Shown: positions 1-13,613, numbered from the stretch's first letter. The stretch: DNA of 64,000 bases from Octopus sinensis (GCF_006345805.1 NC_043000.1:94798001-94862000), one strand, 5' to 3'. Made by a program: numbers and translations. Notes: generated by a model not told the origin, from the sequence alone.

Positions 1-774
1 CTAGGAATGTGCACCAAAGAAGAACAAAAAGCATTGATCCGATTTCTGTAATTGGAAAGTGTGTTGGATGCTGAAAATTATCCACGATCTCGAATTCCAT
101 AACTTCTTGAGGTCTGCCAACGTTTACTCGATCGCTACAACAATGAGGGCGAAGAATTTTTGAGCAGAATAGTCACAGGAGGGGAAGCGTAGGTCCATCA
201 TTATGAGGCAGAATCCAAAAGACAGAGTATGGAATGGAAACATTCTGGTTTGCTAGCAACGAAGAAATTCAAGACTCAGTTATCCGCTGAAAAGGTAGTG
301 CTCGCTCTTTTTCGTGACTCAAATTCGTCTATACTGGAAGACTACCTGGAAAAGGAGTGTACGATCAACAGCGCAAGATACAGTGCTATGTTAGCCAACA
401 AACTGAAGCCAGCAATGTGCACTAAACGCAGAAGCATATTCTCGAAAGATTTTTGTTGTTGCATGAAAATGGACGCTCACACACGGCCACCAAAACCGTT
501 GAAACCATTAATCAATTGTGCTAAAAGCCTCCGATGAATTTCAACACCTGACACACAGATCACTGCTCTTTGTTCTTTGGTGCACATTGCTAGTGGAACG
601 GCTATGCTTACCTTGTAAAGTCAGAAAGAAAAATGGCAGGATCAGGCTCAAACTTCGATTCGATCACGTAACCACAATAGTACCAACAATAAGCACGCAT
701 GCGCAGAAGACAGTGTGACAATAATAAAGATATTTTATAGCGAAAGTGCGGTTAATTTTTGACTTCACCTCGTA
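1..774 (+). mobile_element. Decayed mariner (DD34D-type) transposon, catalytic region plus right TIR; left part outside window
   Basis: Translation RIVTGGEA*VHHYEAESKRQSMEWKH..KKFKTQLSAEKVVLALFRDS..TINSARY matches mariner IVTGDETW..SMEW/SAGKVM..FWD motifs. Ends in ...GACTTCACCTCG followed by TA at 773-774. Confidence 0.85.
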
Positions 775-1118
775 TATATATATATGTGTGTGTGTGAGTG
801 TGTGTGTGAGTGTGTGTATGTATATATAACATTTGCACACACACAGACACACACACAATCACACACATATATATATATATATATTTAAACATAATACATA
901 GGGTAATAATAAATTATTATTACCAGTGGCCTAGCACAAAAACGAATTAGTCATTAGATTATATATTATTCATATAGAAATACAATAAGAGGCTTCCAAA
1001 TAGGATGCTACCAAATAAGAAAGCGTTGTTCTAGGAAGAGCAGTATAAATCTCAAAAATCACAAAAAGGGATAATTTCGAGAATTTCGAGAATTATCCTC
1101 TACTGCTCTTTCTAGCAC

Positions 1119-1166
<48 letters not shown>

Positions 1167-1175
1167 TATATATAT

Positions 1176-1310
1176 ATGTATTTACAGGTGCAGGGGTGAT
1201 CGTGTAGTAAGAAGCTTACAACCACATGGCAAGTGTCTTCTACTACACCCAGGGTCAAACCAAAGGCTTGTGAGTAGATTTGGTAGACGGAAACTGAAAG
1301 AAGCGCGCCA
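1176..1310 (+). mobile_element. SINE family 1, internally deleted 5' portion
   Basis: Matches the head/body of the copies at 29685-29848 and 53124-53287 (GCAAGTGTCTTCTAC..TTTGGTAGACGGAAACTGAAAGAAG). Confidence 0.7.
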
Positions 1311-1333
1311 TATACATACATACACACACATAT

Positions 1334-1412
<79 letters not shown>

Positions 1413-1489
1413 TGCATATATATTATATACAAAATACAAAATTTATATGTATATATGTATATATATATATATATAGATATATTTGTATA

Positions 1490-1525
<36 letters not shown>

Positions 1526-2359
1526 TATGCTATACACAAATGTATCTATACGTATGCATTTACTACCTAATTTGATTTAATCACATATCTAGAACTTTCT
1601 TAATGACAGTTAATATGTGATAGCATGTGAGTATGTATATATGAGTGCATACACATTTGTATTGTATATATGAGTTTGTGTTAGCTGTAGTTATATGTAG
1701 TGTTATATGTAGAGTTAGCTGTATGTTATATGTAGTTAAAGTGGTAGTTACTTCAATGATAATTAATGCCCAGATTGTAAAATGCGTGTTCGCGTCCCTA
1801 TGTGTTTGTATGTTTTTTTAATTATATCTCATATTTGTTTCTTTCTTTATCATTGGCTTGTCAACTGCATCGAATTAAATTTCTGCTCATTTTCTCTCGA
1901 TTTAATTTAATGTAATTTATTAAAAACACCGTTGATATAATTAAATATACACTGGAAGGCACAAGCATACGTGCATAAACAGGTAAGGACTCACACGCGC
2001 CTACATGCACAAATACCTGTACACAAGTACATGTACATAAATATTTAAACAGATAATCACCACTGTATTGGTAACCCACAGAACAACTGCACCCACAATG
2101 CAATTGGACACGTCGCACATTTTCACTGCAACGAACAATACAATATGGTACATCTTTTGCGCATCATACGAATATCACAATAGACACACATCGACTTCTA
2201 GAGACAGTAAGATTTACGTCTTATTACCCTTCGGAGGTTATAGTGTTCAAATACCCAGTAACTAGACCGAGACAGAGCTGCAGAAGTAATTGCCGGCACT
2301 ATTTATATATATATATATATTATATATATTATATATATATATACACACACACACACATT

Positions 2360-3233
2360 CACGATGCCTGGTCATTACGTTTTCGGACTCTTGCCATAGT
2401 AACGACGCTAAAGCACGCAGAATGAAGCCGCTTGGAGAAAATTAACCATAAATGCTGCATTAAGTTTTCACATTCTAGCTCACTCGCGTTATTTACAGCA
2501 GTGCTTCGAAGGAAAATGTGTAGCGTGTGATCGTCTCATTGACCATGACAGAGAAAGTTGTCATAGCGACACCTGCTCAGAGACTTACACAAAGTTGCAG
2601 AAAGTGTATAGAGAGAGTGTATGAGCCGCACACAATTGTACGAGTGGTTCAGATGTTTCCAAGATGGTCGAAAAATGTCGATATTGACGAACGTTCTGAG
2701 GGAGACCCAACCAGCAGAACTGAGAAAACATCGTAGATGAACGTACAGCTGTGAGGGGAAATCGTCGGATCACCATCCGTGAGTTATCAGAGGATGTGCA
2801 GATTAGTTACGGTTCAGTTCAGTCCATTATCACTGAAGATTTGCGTATGAGACGCGTGTCTGCCAAGTTTGTACCAAATCTTTCAGCTGATCGAGAAGAC
2901 ACCCGAGTTTCAGTTGCACAAGATCTCCATGATGGTGTCAAAAATGATGAAAACATTTTGAAACCTTTGCGTAGGCCTCTGAGCAGGCATCGCCAAGCTT
3001 TTGGCAAAATTTGATGCAGATTCTCTGCTCAGTTTTCTCTGTCATGTTCAATGCGACTATCACGCGCTACATACGTTCCTTCCAAGCACTACTGTAAACA
3101 GTGGAAGTAAGCTAGAATATTAAAACTTAGCGCGCATGGATAACAGATTTAAAGGTCAATCTCTGCCCAGCGGTTTCCCTCTGCGTGTAACAGTCTATAG
3201 CAACAGTACAGATATTATTGATCAGACCACGTA
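2360..3233 (+). mobile_element. Internally deleted mariner element (DNA-binding region only)
   Basis: ORF 2751-3014 RRITIRELSEDVQISYGSVQSIITEDLRMRRVSAKFVP is the mariner HTH/WVPH-linker region. Imperfect TIRs CACGATGCCTGGTCA / TGATCAGACCACG-TA. Confidence 0.8.
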
Positions 3234-3242
3234 TATATATAA

Positions 3243-3443
3243 CGTTGTAATCCTCTGTCGGTCTAGTATAACACCCACTCAGGTTACGGTATAGTTAGTT
3301 AGACAAGTAAGACCACGACTATCTATGACCGTCCACTTCGTACTCTCTACTTCTACTTCTATTGACTGACAATATGTATAATGACTACCACATACCGTTT
3401 GTCACGCGAGAGGGATATTCTATTATTACTATTATCCCCATAA
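3243..3443 (-). repeat. 3' LTR of Gypsy element
   Basis: Direct repeat of 7689-7882 (GTTGTAATCC..TATCCCCATAA); polypurine tract adjacent at ~3444-3455 on the minus strand. Confidence 0.85.
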
Positions 3444-3823
3444 ATTTCCCCTTTTAAGTTTTTCTCAGAGAGTGTAATTTTATTCCTATTAATAGCAATG
3501 ATTTTTACATCACCCCCATCTCCCTTTTTGTGCGGGTTTTTATACAGTTACACATTTACGATGTTTTTTGTTTGGCATCCCCTTCCAGGGACTCCGTACA
3601 TTTTCTTTTTCTTACGCTTGTGCGTCTGGGTTCAATCATTTGTAGTGGCCTTCATCTTGAAAAGTATCATATAACCATTCCATGGGTTCTTCCATTCTCT
3701 TGGTTTCCCTCTCAACGAATCATTTTTTAATTGGCGCACCTGTCTCTTGTATACCCCTTTTCTTCCTTTCACCAAGTCTAGCATTTTCCCTATGCGTTTG
3801 ATAATGACGTCATCTTCCCAACT

Positions 3824-6492
3824 TTATTTTCCGTTTTTATATGCCCTCACAAATACCTTTCCACCAATTTTGAAATATCTTACTGTATTATCCGTTGCAA
3901 TATTTCTTTTCTTTCTAAGCAACAATATGTCAAAGTCTAATTTTATTTTCCTCGCAAAGATCAGCTCCAACGGTGACATATATGCTGGGGTATCTAGATT
4001 TGGTGTCACACAGTATACTCTTAAAATTTGTGTTAAAGCTACCACATCCGACTTTCTTAAGACTCTCTTATTGACAAAGCGTTTTGCTTGTCTGTTAGAT
4101 CTGGAATGGTATGGCGCCGTCGTTACATGTTCAACAGCGAACGTTTTGCAAAGCTTTTTGAATTCAAAAGACACAAATTGCGTTCCTTTGTCAGACACTA
4201 TCGCGTCTAGGATGACAAATCTCGCTAACAGATCGAGTCAAAAATTTGTCGCAGTTGAGGAGGTTGGCTTTTTACACTTGCAAATTTCTGGTCATTTAGA
4301 GCAACTATCTTCTACCACTAAGTAGTATGAGCCGTTTAAGGGACAAGCAAAATCGATGTGTAGTCTCGACCACGGAACATGTACTATTGCTAAGGTTCAC
4401 TTTTTATCGTCGGTTAGTTTGCCGCGAGAGCACAGCTTCTACAGCCTTTCATTACATTTTAGATTTCTCTATCCGATTTTGGCCAGTACACGTAGCTACG
4501 CATTAAAGCATTCATCTTTGAAATACCAGGATGTCCAACATGAAATTCCCTCAGCATTTCCTTTTGTAATTTTTCAGGTGTTACTATTCTCTGTGCATAC
4601 ATCAGTACGTCATCATAAATTGAGTATAGGTTCAAGTCTTGGTTTAGTTTCGCACCAGTCATGTTCCTATTTACTTTTTCTGACCACAGTATTCTTTTAA
4701 TTTCTGTTATGGATTTATCCTTTACCGCATTCCGTTTTAGTTCTCCTAGATTTACCGGTAATTCGCGTACCACATTCCACATTACATTTTTCATTTCTCC
4801 TTCTGCTCTTAAAGCTGCGATTACCGTATCTTCGAATGGCTCCCTGTGTTTCGGTATCAGTCTGGACAAATCATCCGCATGCCCTAGTTTGTTGTACAGT
4901 AAATATTCCATTTTGTAATCATAATTCAATAATGTAGTGCTCCATCGCTGTAGTCTATTCGCTGTGTGTTGGTATTCCTTTTTAGAACCGTATATTGATA
5001 GTAATGGGCCATATCCGTTTGTAGACAGAAACTTCTTCCATGAATAAATCTATGGAATTTATTCACACCGAATATGATTGCTAATACTGTCTTTTCTATT
5101 TGACTATAGTTCCTTTCAGCTGGTAATAAAGATTGTGACGCATGGGCTATAGTCTTTTTACTGCCATCGTCATATTTGTGCAGAAGCACTGTTCCTATAC
5201 CGTAATCACTCCTACCTGTAGCCAATATAATATCCAACTTTGGATCAAAATGCATTGATGATAAATCCAATCTTAAAATGTTTTTAACTCGTCTTCTGGC
5301 ACTTATTAGTCTATTACCATTTTGCATTTTTCTTTAACAAATCGTTATGTATATTGGAAATATTAATTTGATAATAATTTACTAAACCCAAGAATGCTTG
5401 TAGCATAGTCACATTATTTGGCGTGAGCATATTTTTTATTGCAGTTACTCTGAATGGATCTGGTTTCCATCCGTTTTTATCAATTATCTGGCCCAAGTAT
5501 TTACCTGTTTTTAGAAAAGTCTCGCATTTTCCTTACGTTAACTTAAATCCGTATTCTCTAATCTTTTTTAATACCCTTTAACGTGCTCTGCATTTTGTTC
5601 ATGCTTATGGTTTTTTTATTAGAGTATCGTCTAAATAGACGATAGAAAAATCACAATCACACACCATTGCATCCATTATTTTCTGAAATATGGAAGGATC
5701 CACCTTTACAGCGAAGGGAAGCCACTTAAATTTAAATAGACTACGGTGTGTATTAAATGGTTAATAAATGTGAGCATTCTTCTACTAGGATTTGTAGATA
5801 TGCTTCCGAGAGGTCTAATTTTGAGAAGAATTTCCTTCCATTCAATTTTGCAAACACTTCTTCAGGATTCTGCAATGGGTAGTTATTTGAGATTAAGCAA
5901 TCAACAAGCCCATTTAAAAAACCCGCATGAATAATCTTCACTTATTTATATTTTTTACGAAAACCGTAGGTACTACCCAGTTTGAGTGGTTCGTCTTCTC
6001 GATTATTCCTAGGCTTTCAAGTGTTTCAAGTTCCTTCTTTATCTGTCCTATTGCCGTAAATGGTACATTCCGTTTTGGCTGTGATACAGGTATTGCACTT
6101 TGTTTTACCATAATCTTTGCCCAGTTTCTCCGGGAAAACTTCTGAAAATAAAGGTTTTGTTTATCGTCTCAGCCGGATTCGAACCTTCTACTGAACCGAC
6201 TATATTCCCACATAAAACACTTATGGGCATATTCCACAATTTGAATAGTTCTATCCACGAACAGATTGACTGAATTTTGTGACACATATACCTTTGCCGT
6301 TTTCATTTGGTCACGAAATGTCACATTACACACAAATTCACCTACAAAATACAATCTTTTACCCGTTACACCGTAAGCTACTTTTATAGATTTCCTTAAT
6401 TTTGACTTAACCATATACTTCCAAGTTTCTTCATTCATAATGGTAATATCACTTCCAGTATCTAACTGCATTTTTACAATGCATATTTTCAA
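3824..6492 (-). pseudogene. Gypsy pol (protease, RT, RNase H, integrase), frameshifted
   Basis: MQLDTGSDIT (protease); YPLQNPEEVFAKL..FFSKLDLSEAYLQI (RT); DYGIGTVL..AERNYSQIEK (RNase H); HVGHPGISKM..YVYWP (IN zinc region); TTAPYHSRSN (IN core). A CCHC-like gag knuckle lies near 6630-6730. Confidence 0.9.
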
Positions 6493-7688
6493 TTTTCACA
6501 TTTACAAAATGTGAAAATATAACAGAGAGGACTTACAAAATCCTCTTTGTTATATTACCATTTTCTTTCGACGACACCTTAGTTATTCTTTTTCCTTTAT
6601 TGCAACGTTTTGTCGTAGTTTTACAGAGCGCTTTTAGATGTTTAATTTTTCCGCAACGGAAGAATTCCGCTTTCTTAAATGAGCAGTTTTTTTCTTAGGT
6701 GTAGACCTTCACATGCAAAACATGGGTTTGTCTCCTGATTTTTTTTTACCTGTTTGTGTTGTATTTTAGTACACCCTGGATTTCTATTTGCCTGTTTTGT
6801 ATTTTCCGACGCTCGTGTTTCACTTGGGAGCGATCTTTATGTTCAGTTTCTCTGTATCGTGTCTTAAATTTATTGTCCTTTCACATGTTACTGACACATG
6901 TTGTAAGGTTACAGCATGGTTTTGTTCCAGCTTATCGAGAGATATTTTTCTTCTGCGTCTTTCTCTGCGGTTAGTCCCTAGGTAAATATCAGGCACTTGA
7001 ACATGTCTGGAGTTAATTCGTTCAGTTTGAACTTCACACATTCTCTTTTAACTCTACCAGCATGTGTTGTATTCCTCCTCGTTGTTCTTCTCTAGATTCA
7101 AATATTTCCAGTATCTCTTGAACAACGAGCTTTTCTCGCCAAAGATTTTGCACAATATGTCTATTATACTTTTAAAGTTTGTCAGAAGGCATTCTCGTAA
7201 GTACATAATTGCAGTAACGCTTATGATCTGCTGCAGCCAGTTTTATTAAGATTAAATGCGTTTTCATATTGTCGTCCTAATCTTTGCACTCTTTATTGAA
7301 AATCTGTCCCAATCTTCCATAGTACACCTCGAAGGTAACTCGTTCGTCTGAATTCCGCCATTGAGTTGCAAACTAATCTGGTGAGAACATTTTTTCAGCA
7401 TTTTTGGACGACTTACTTTTCATAAGTAGCAGCATTTTTTTGCTGCAATAGTAATGGGTGTTGTTGTTGCTTCTGCTGATCTTCCAGTAGTTGTAGCTGC
7501 AGCTGTTGTTGTTCTTTCAGTTGTTGATTTTACTGCTTTTGCAAATCAAGCGAAACCAACTAAAATTTTTTCTATAATTTTACAATCTGGTATACCGTAA
7601 AATTAAAACAAAGAACTTTCGTTCTGAGTTTAATAACTCCTTGTGAGTTTGTTAATTTCACGTGAGTTTGTTAATTCCTTGTCGCCAC

Positions 7689-7882
7689 TGTTGTAATCCC
7701 CTGTCGGACTATTATAACGCCCACTCCGGTTTAGCAGTGTACTTAAGTAAACAAGTAAGACCAAAACTATCTATTTCGTACTCTCTCTTTTTACTGACAC
7801 GGACTGGCAGTATATATAATGACCATCACATACCATTGGTCACGTGGGATGGGGTGTTCTGTTATTTCTATTATCCCCATAA
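7689..7882 (-). repeat. 5' LTR of Gypsy element with adjacent PBS
   Basis: Minus strand reads ..TTACAACA-G-TGGCGAC, a typical primer-binding site start. Confidence 0.85.
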
Positions 7883-7952
7883 GAATATATGTACATATAT
7901 ATATGCACACACACATATATTATACATAGATATAGATATACATATGTACATA

Positions 7953-8349
7953 TCTTTATATATAAAAGAGAAGTTGTGTGTCTGTCTCCTACGATTTAGA
8001 TTCCTAAGTACTCCCACATTTTGCGGTGCAGTTTAACCAAAAGCTGGTATCTTATAGTCGTGATTCATATCGAGCCCTTCTGGGTATTAGCGCGCGTCTA
8101 CGATGAGTCTACGATTTTTAAAAAAATACAATCATTTTTTTCCATTTTAATGCATTGTTTTTCGCTATTATATACGGGAAGTAACTCTCTAAAAATGTCT
8201 ACGATGAGTCAACGATTTAAAAAAAAAATTACCATCATTTTCTTTCCATTTTTAATGCATTTTTTGCTATTTTTTGGCTATAACTCTCTAAAAATGCTTA
8301 TATAGTTATTTCCCTTACAAACCCGAGCAACGCCGGGCGATACTGCTAG
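7953..8349 (+). mobile_element. Non-autonomous Helitron (~397 bp)
   Basis: A|TCTTTATATATAAAA 5' end, subterminal hairpin CCCGAGC-AAC-GCCGGG, 3' CTAG|T; inserted between A and T with no TSD. Confidence 0.8.
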
Positions 8350-9368
8350 TATATTTATATATACACATACATACATTATATATATATACACATACATACA
8401 TACATTATATATATATACACATACATACATTATATATATATATACACATACATACATTATATATATATATATATATATAATATATATATATATATATACA
8501 TACATTATATATATATATATACATACACTATATATATATTTATATACATCTATACAGACATTGTTTATATATACACGCACATATATATATATATATGCAC
8601 ATATATATGTATTTACATATACACATATACATATATATACATATATATGCATATATATTCATGGATACATTCATATTAATATATATGTGTGCATATGCAT
8701 AAACGTCTGCATTTATGGTGTATATATGTAAATGTATGTATGGATCGATGTATGGATGCATGCATGCATATATGTAAGGTATCCCTTTTCATCCTTGTCA
8801 TGTTTACTAAAAATTTAAATGATGAACGCCCACAATACCAGTTATATTGCCATTCTTTCCATAAGTTTCTGTTATTTTTATAGATCTGTTGAGATACAAT
8901 CAATTTGAATGAAATTATGAAATGTTCGTAAGAAAAAAAAGATTTCTGTGCAGTCGATGACGCAGTCTTCCAGCAAATTATGGTCACCACTTTTTAAATG
9001 TCGCTAAATTTAGCTGCAAGCTGTGCATACCTATTATCATACACACATATCTAGGTAGACAAGCTCACATATGTATGTAGACACATATGCTTTTGCGATG
9101 CATACACAAGCAGCTCCGTCAATGAACAAATCAACATACTAGCATTCGACTATAAACATATTCTATCCTTTCTACAATCAAAAATACTGTCATTCTCTCT
9201 TACACACACGCAGACACACATAGACACGTATACACACGCACATACACATCTACTATTCTTATTTGCCTCTAATACATATATACTCAAATAGACATCTTCT
9301 CTCTTTCTCTTTCTTTCTCACATTTTCTCTCATTCTCTCTCCCTCCCACGCTCTTTTTCTATCCCCCT

Positions 9369-9507
9369 AGTATCGACGTAGATTTTTTTAGATATATGGA
9401 AAGACAAATACAACACATACAGACAATACACAACGATACATATAGAATCGGGGAACTAAACTTATAAAATAGAAATTTAAGAAAAGAAGTAAAAATCCAA
9501 AAAAAAA
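9369..9507. repeat. Dispersed repeat, copy 1 (second copy at 10235-10375)
   Basis: AGTATCG(A/C)CGTAGATTTTTTTAGATAT..GGAAAGACAAATACAACACATACAGACAATAC.. shared by both copies. Confidence 0.75.
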
Positions 9508-10183
9508 GCAATGAATTGTGAAAAGATGATACAATGATTCAGAATGCCCACTCGACCCCGGAAGTCGACTGGTTACATTTAGACATCCTTTCCCGTCCTT
9601 TTTTTCATTCATTTTTAAGAACACATTTTTTCCAGTAAAGTTCAACAAAATTTTTTCCCCCTTTTTTTCCCTTTTGTCTCAAAAATGTTCATAACAAATT
9701 AATTAGCTTAAATCTGAAATTCTCGACCCTTTTATAATCCACGGCCGGCGGCCTTCTTTTAAAATACACCGGCCCCTCCATCCCCGTGATAAATTCCCGG
9801 CAATATTTTCACAGGTTATCGCTCATTTCCTAGTTCACCAATACACACCTTTCCTCTTCTCCGAACTTCTCCTTAGGTAGTTTCACTCTAATCAAATTGT
9901 TCTACTTCGATATTCTCTTCTCTACTTCTATGGATTTCTTGTAAAAGATTAAAGTTCCCTTATGCTCGCTTGACTTCACATCTTCTGGTCTCTCTGTGCC
10001 TAAAGTAGAAAAGATGATTGTTACAACGAGGGAAGAAAATCAATGTTAATTTATTGATGCGTTTCGGCAAGTCTATATCTGTATTATCAGACAAATGCAA
10101 AAAATTGTTTCAACCAAATTCAAAACTGCAAAAATACGGTGCAAATCCTTCATGGTTCAAAACGTTGGTTATTTTTACTCAAC

Positions 10184-10234
<51 letters not shown>

Positions 10235-10238
<4 letters not shown>

Positions 10239-10375
10239 TCGCCGTAGATTTTTTTAGATATGTGGAAAGACAAATACAACACATACAGACAATACACAAC
10301 AAGACATAACATAGAGTCGGAGAACTAAAATATAAAATAGACATTTAAGAAAAGAAGTAAAAATTTAAAAAAAAA
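10235..10375. repeat. Dispersed repeat, copy 2
   Basis: Direct, moderately diverged match to 9369-9507. Confidence 0.75.
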
Positions 10376-10423
10376 CAACGAACGTTATGTGGTCAAGCAA
10401 CTTGTTGCTAAACCCTTAATTAT

Positions 10424-10462
<39 letters not shown>

Positions 10463-10567
10463 TATGTATGAACTTTTTTGCGTAATGAGATAAAAAAACA
10501 AGGCTGTATAGATATTAGAGCATTTATAGATAGAAAATCTTACAGCTGTTTCTAGAATATTATATAC

Positions 10568-10606
10568 CTAGCATTATGACCCGGCGTTGCAGGGTCATAG
10601 TGCTAG
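10568..10606. mobile_element. Helitron-type 3' terminal hairpin with CTAG at both ends
   Basis: CTAGCATTATGACCC-GGCGTTGCA-GGGTCATAGTGCTAG|T. Confidence 0.55.
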
Positions 10607-11496
10607 TTTGGTATAAATTTGTTAAATTAAAGACTTGGTGTAATAAAACATACAATGACATATTAAAAAGACGAATTAAAATTCCAGAGAAAAATACATA
10701 GAAGATAAATATACAAATTTACAAAAATACATAAAAGTTTCGGAGATGCGCCAATTAATATGAAACATATCATATATTCAAAATTGACACTCCCCTCGTC
10801 ATGATGCTTTTTACACACAACACATAGTACACGGAAACAAATGTACAATTACATACCTGCTAAATGCGAAAGACCAGACATTACGTACTCACAAAAATTC
10901 TCATAGATGCTGAATGCTGCTTTATAAGCATATAATTCAATCTAGCAGCTATAGTAAATAGTATGCGCACAGCTCCATCTGGACTAATTCACTTCTGCAC
11001 TCAATTAAATTTTTCATCTTTTAATTTCTCCCATTCATGCAAAGCCACATATTCCTTGATACATTTTATACTAAATGCTATTTTTTCTTTTAATTGTTAT
11101 ATTACGATTTAATTACCATACTTTAGTTTTATTTTAATTACTACTTACTATATTTACTATATTTAATTCAATTGTTATTATTACCTCTAACTTTTATTGC
11201 AAATTTTATTTCTAAATTCTTATGGAACATCGAGTGGATCTTATGCGTACAATATATTTTTATATGAGGTTATATTTCTAAACGTCGGGCTTTATGTCTG
11301 TTCTGTAGATATAAATGAATATATGTATGTGATTGATCTTTCTGTGGATTTTGTAGTGTTCTTGTAGTTGCTGCTCGCATTGCCTCCCCTCGTATTAAAT
11401 AGTGTACACAGCTCATTTGAGCACTACTATTCCAGTCTATTATATATTTTGAACGTTGTTATCACTAACGATCTCAAGATATAACTTTATATTTTG

Positions 11497-11533
<37 letters not shown>

Positions 11534-11619
11534 CATATACATACAATAGAGAGATGTTTTTGTTTCACTTTCAACACGTAATACTGTAATAGTGGAGAAG
11601 ATATGATATTGCTGTGGGC

Positions 11620-11744
11620 TCGTCCTAGGCATGAAGTTAAGCATTTTTTTGTCCATGACACTACATGGACCATAAGTAAGCTATGTGTAAAATTTTAATG
11701 AAATTGATTGTGTAGTTCTCAAGTTTTAGGGAAACACACAGACA

Positions 11745-11787
<43 letters not shown>

Positions 11788-11810
11788 TCTCAGTTTTATA
11801 TATAGAGAGA
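11620..11810 (-). mobile_element. 5' part of a non-autonomous Helitron-like element
   Basis: Minus strand A|TCTCTCTATATATAAAACTGAGAA followed by a (GT)n/GTCT tract; same design as the element starting at 7953. Confidence 0.5.
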
Positions 11811-11823
11811 TAATATCCCTTCA

Positions 11824-12025
11824 TCGGAAACGGTGTGAGAGGAAAAATTAAGTCATAGTAAGTTTCGATGTGATACAAATAGAGAGTGAGGTGGAGGAAA
11901 GGAAATATATGTAAGATGTATAACCATACATATCTTACAACTATTTCCTTTCCTCCATCTCACTCTCTATTTGTATCACATCGAAACTTACTATGACTTA
12001 AGTTTTCCTCTCACACCGTCTCCGA
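11824..12025. repeat. ~200-bp fold-back hairpin (arms ~98 bp)
   Basis: TCGGAAACGGTGTGAGAGG..GGAAAGGAAATA pairs with TATTTCCTTTCC..CCTCTCACACCGTCTCCGA; about 3 mismatches in the outer 84 bp. Confidence 0.9.
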
Positions 12026-12116
12026 GTTCAGTCCCACTGCGGGACCCTCGGGAAAATGTCTACTACTATAGCTTCGGGCTTGTGAGTGGATTTGGTAGAC
12101 GGAAAATAATCTCTCC

Positions 12117-12182
<66 letters not shown>

Positions 12183-12420
12183 GTGTGTGTGTGTGTAGCT
12201 GTGTGCTGTGTGTCTGTGTTTCTCCCCCACCATCGCTTGACAACCGATGTTCGTGTGTATGGGTACCCGTAACTTGGCAGTTCAGCAAAAGTAGCGATAG
12301 AATTAGTACTAGGCTTACAGACAATAAGTCCTGGGGCGATTTGTTCGACTGAATGTAGTGCTCCAGCATGGCCGCAGTCAAATGACTGAAACAAGTGAAA
12401 AAACAAAAGAAAGAATAAAA
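12026..12420 (+). mobile_element. SINE family 1 (head remnant, internal microsatellite, 3' body and tail)
   Basis: GTTCAGTCCCACTGCG..TGGTAGACGGAAA, (TA)n(TG)n, ..CTCCAGCATGGCCGCAGTCAAATGACTGAAACAAGT. Confidence 0.75.
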
Positions 12421-12435
12421 GAATATGTGTGTGTG

Positions 12436-12492
<57 letters not shown>

Positions 12493-13415
12493 CAATACAG
12501 ACAATTGTCGGCTTTATAACGTGAGTTCTATAATAAAGATATAATTTTCTCTGAACGTACTCCTTGTTATACTTATATACATTCATGTCTGTCTGTCAGC
12601 TTGTACGCACACATGATGGGCTTTTTCTCAATTTCCACCAACCAAATCCATTCATAAAGTCGACCCCGCGGCACGGTAGATGATTGTTACCCAGGTAACA
12701 CGCAGCAGGGCTGAAACCGCGAAATATGTGGTTGTCAAGCAAACTTCTTACCACTGCTATGCCTACGCCTCTACAGATTCTAAGTTTTTTAAAAGGCCAT
12801 TGAAAAACGTATCTCGTTTTAATCAGCAATATACTCACCCATCGTGAATCAACAGTTATATCTACATTGAGAGATATTACTTCGGTTTTATTTTGTACTG
12901 ATCTCCTCTCGAACATTACCACCGCCGAAACACTATCAGTACCTGTTGTATAAGTAGGAATAATATTGTTTTTATACATTAAATTTCCCTGCTGTTCACT
13001 TACGTACAATTTGCGATTTCCAGAATATTCAACAATCTTTCCATTTCCAGACCACCGACGAAGTTTGTAATTGGGTTTCTTTGTCGTTGTTCCTGTTGTT
13101 TCTTTTTCCAAGATGAATATATTCATCATGCACGTACGTATTTTATGTGCATGTCAGAGGACATGCGTGTGTATGCGAGTGGGTGGGTGAGTGAGATAGT
13201 GCCGTGTGTATGTTCGTATGTGTGGGTAAGTGTGTGAGAGTTATTTTGTTGGTTGTTCACATTCTGAAAGCCATAGCATTCTTATATCAATGCTCGCTAA
13301 TGCTGTTTGTCATCACATACTTCGCTGAGATTTGTTAAATAGATTCTTTCAGGTAAGACCTTTTTCAGCAGTGTATCATGCATGTACATGTCTATATATA
13401 TATATATAATATATA

Positions 13416-13462
<47 letters not shown>

Positions 13463-13475
13463 TATATATATATAC

Positions 13476-13546
<71 letters not shown>

Positions 13547-13572
13547 TATATAGATACATATGTATATATATA

Positions 13573-13613
<41 letters not shown>

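Larger units (their letters stand above)
3243..7884 (-). mobile_element. Ty3/Gypsy LTR retrotransposon, near full length but decayed
   Basis: Two ~195-bp LTRs (3243-3443, 7689-7882), PBS TGGCGAC next to the 5' LTR, PPT AAAAGGGGAAA next to the 3' LTR, and gag-PR-RT-RH-IN order on the minus strand in broken frames. Confidence 0.92.

Noticed and set aside
12839-12942. Candidate minus-strand exon (AG|GTACTGAT..CGATGG|GTGAGT; TDSVSAVVMFERRS..DSRW) inside ORF 12596-13129
   Set aside because: Splice sites look plausible but phases do not chain with neighbouring candidates (13004 donor, 17012 donor) and no protein family is recognised; needs RNA-seq.
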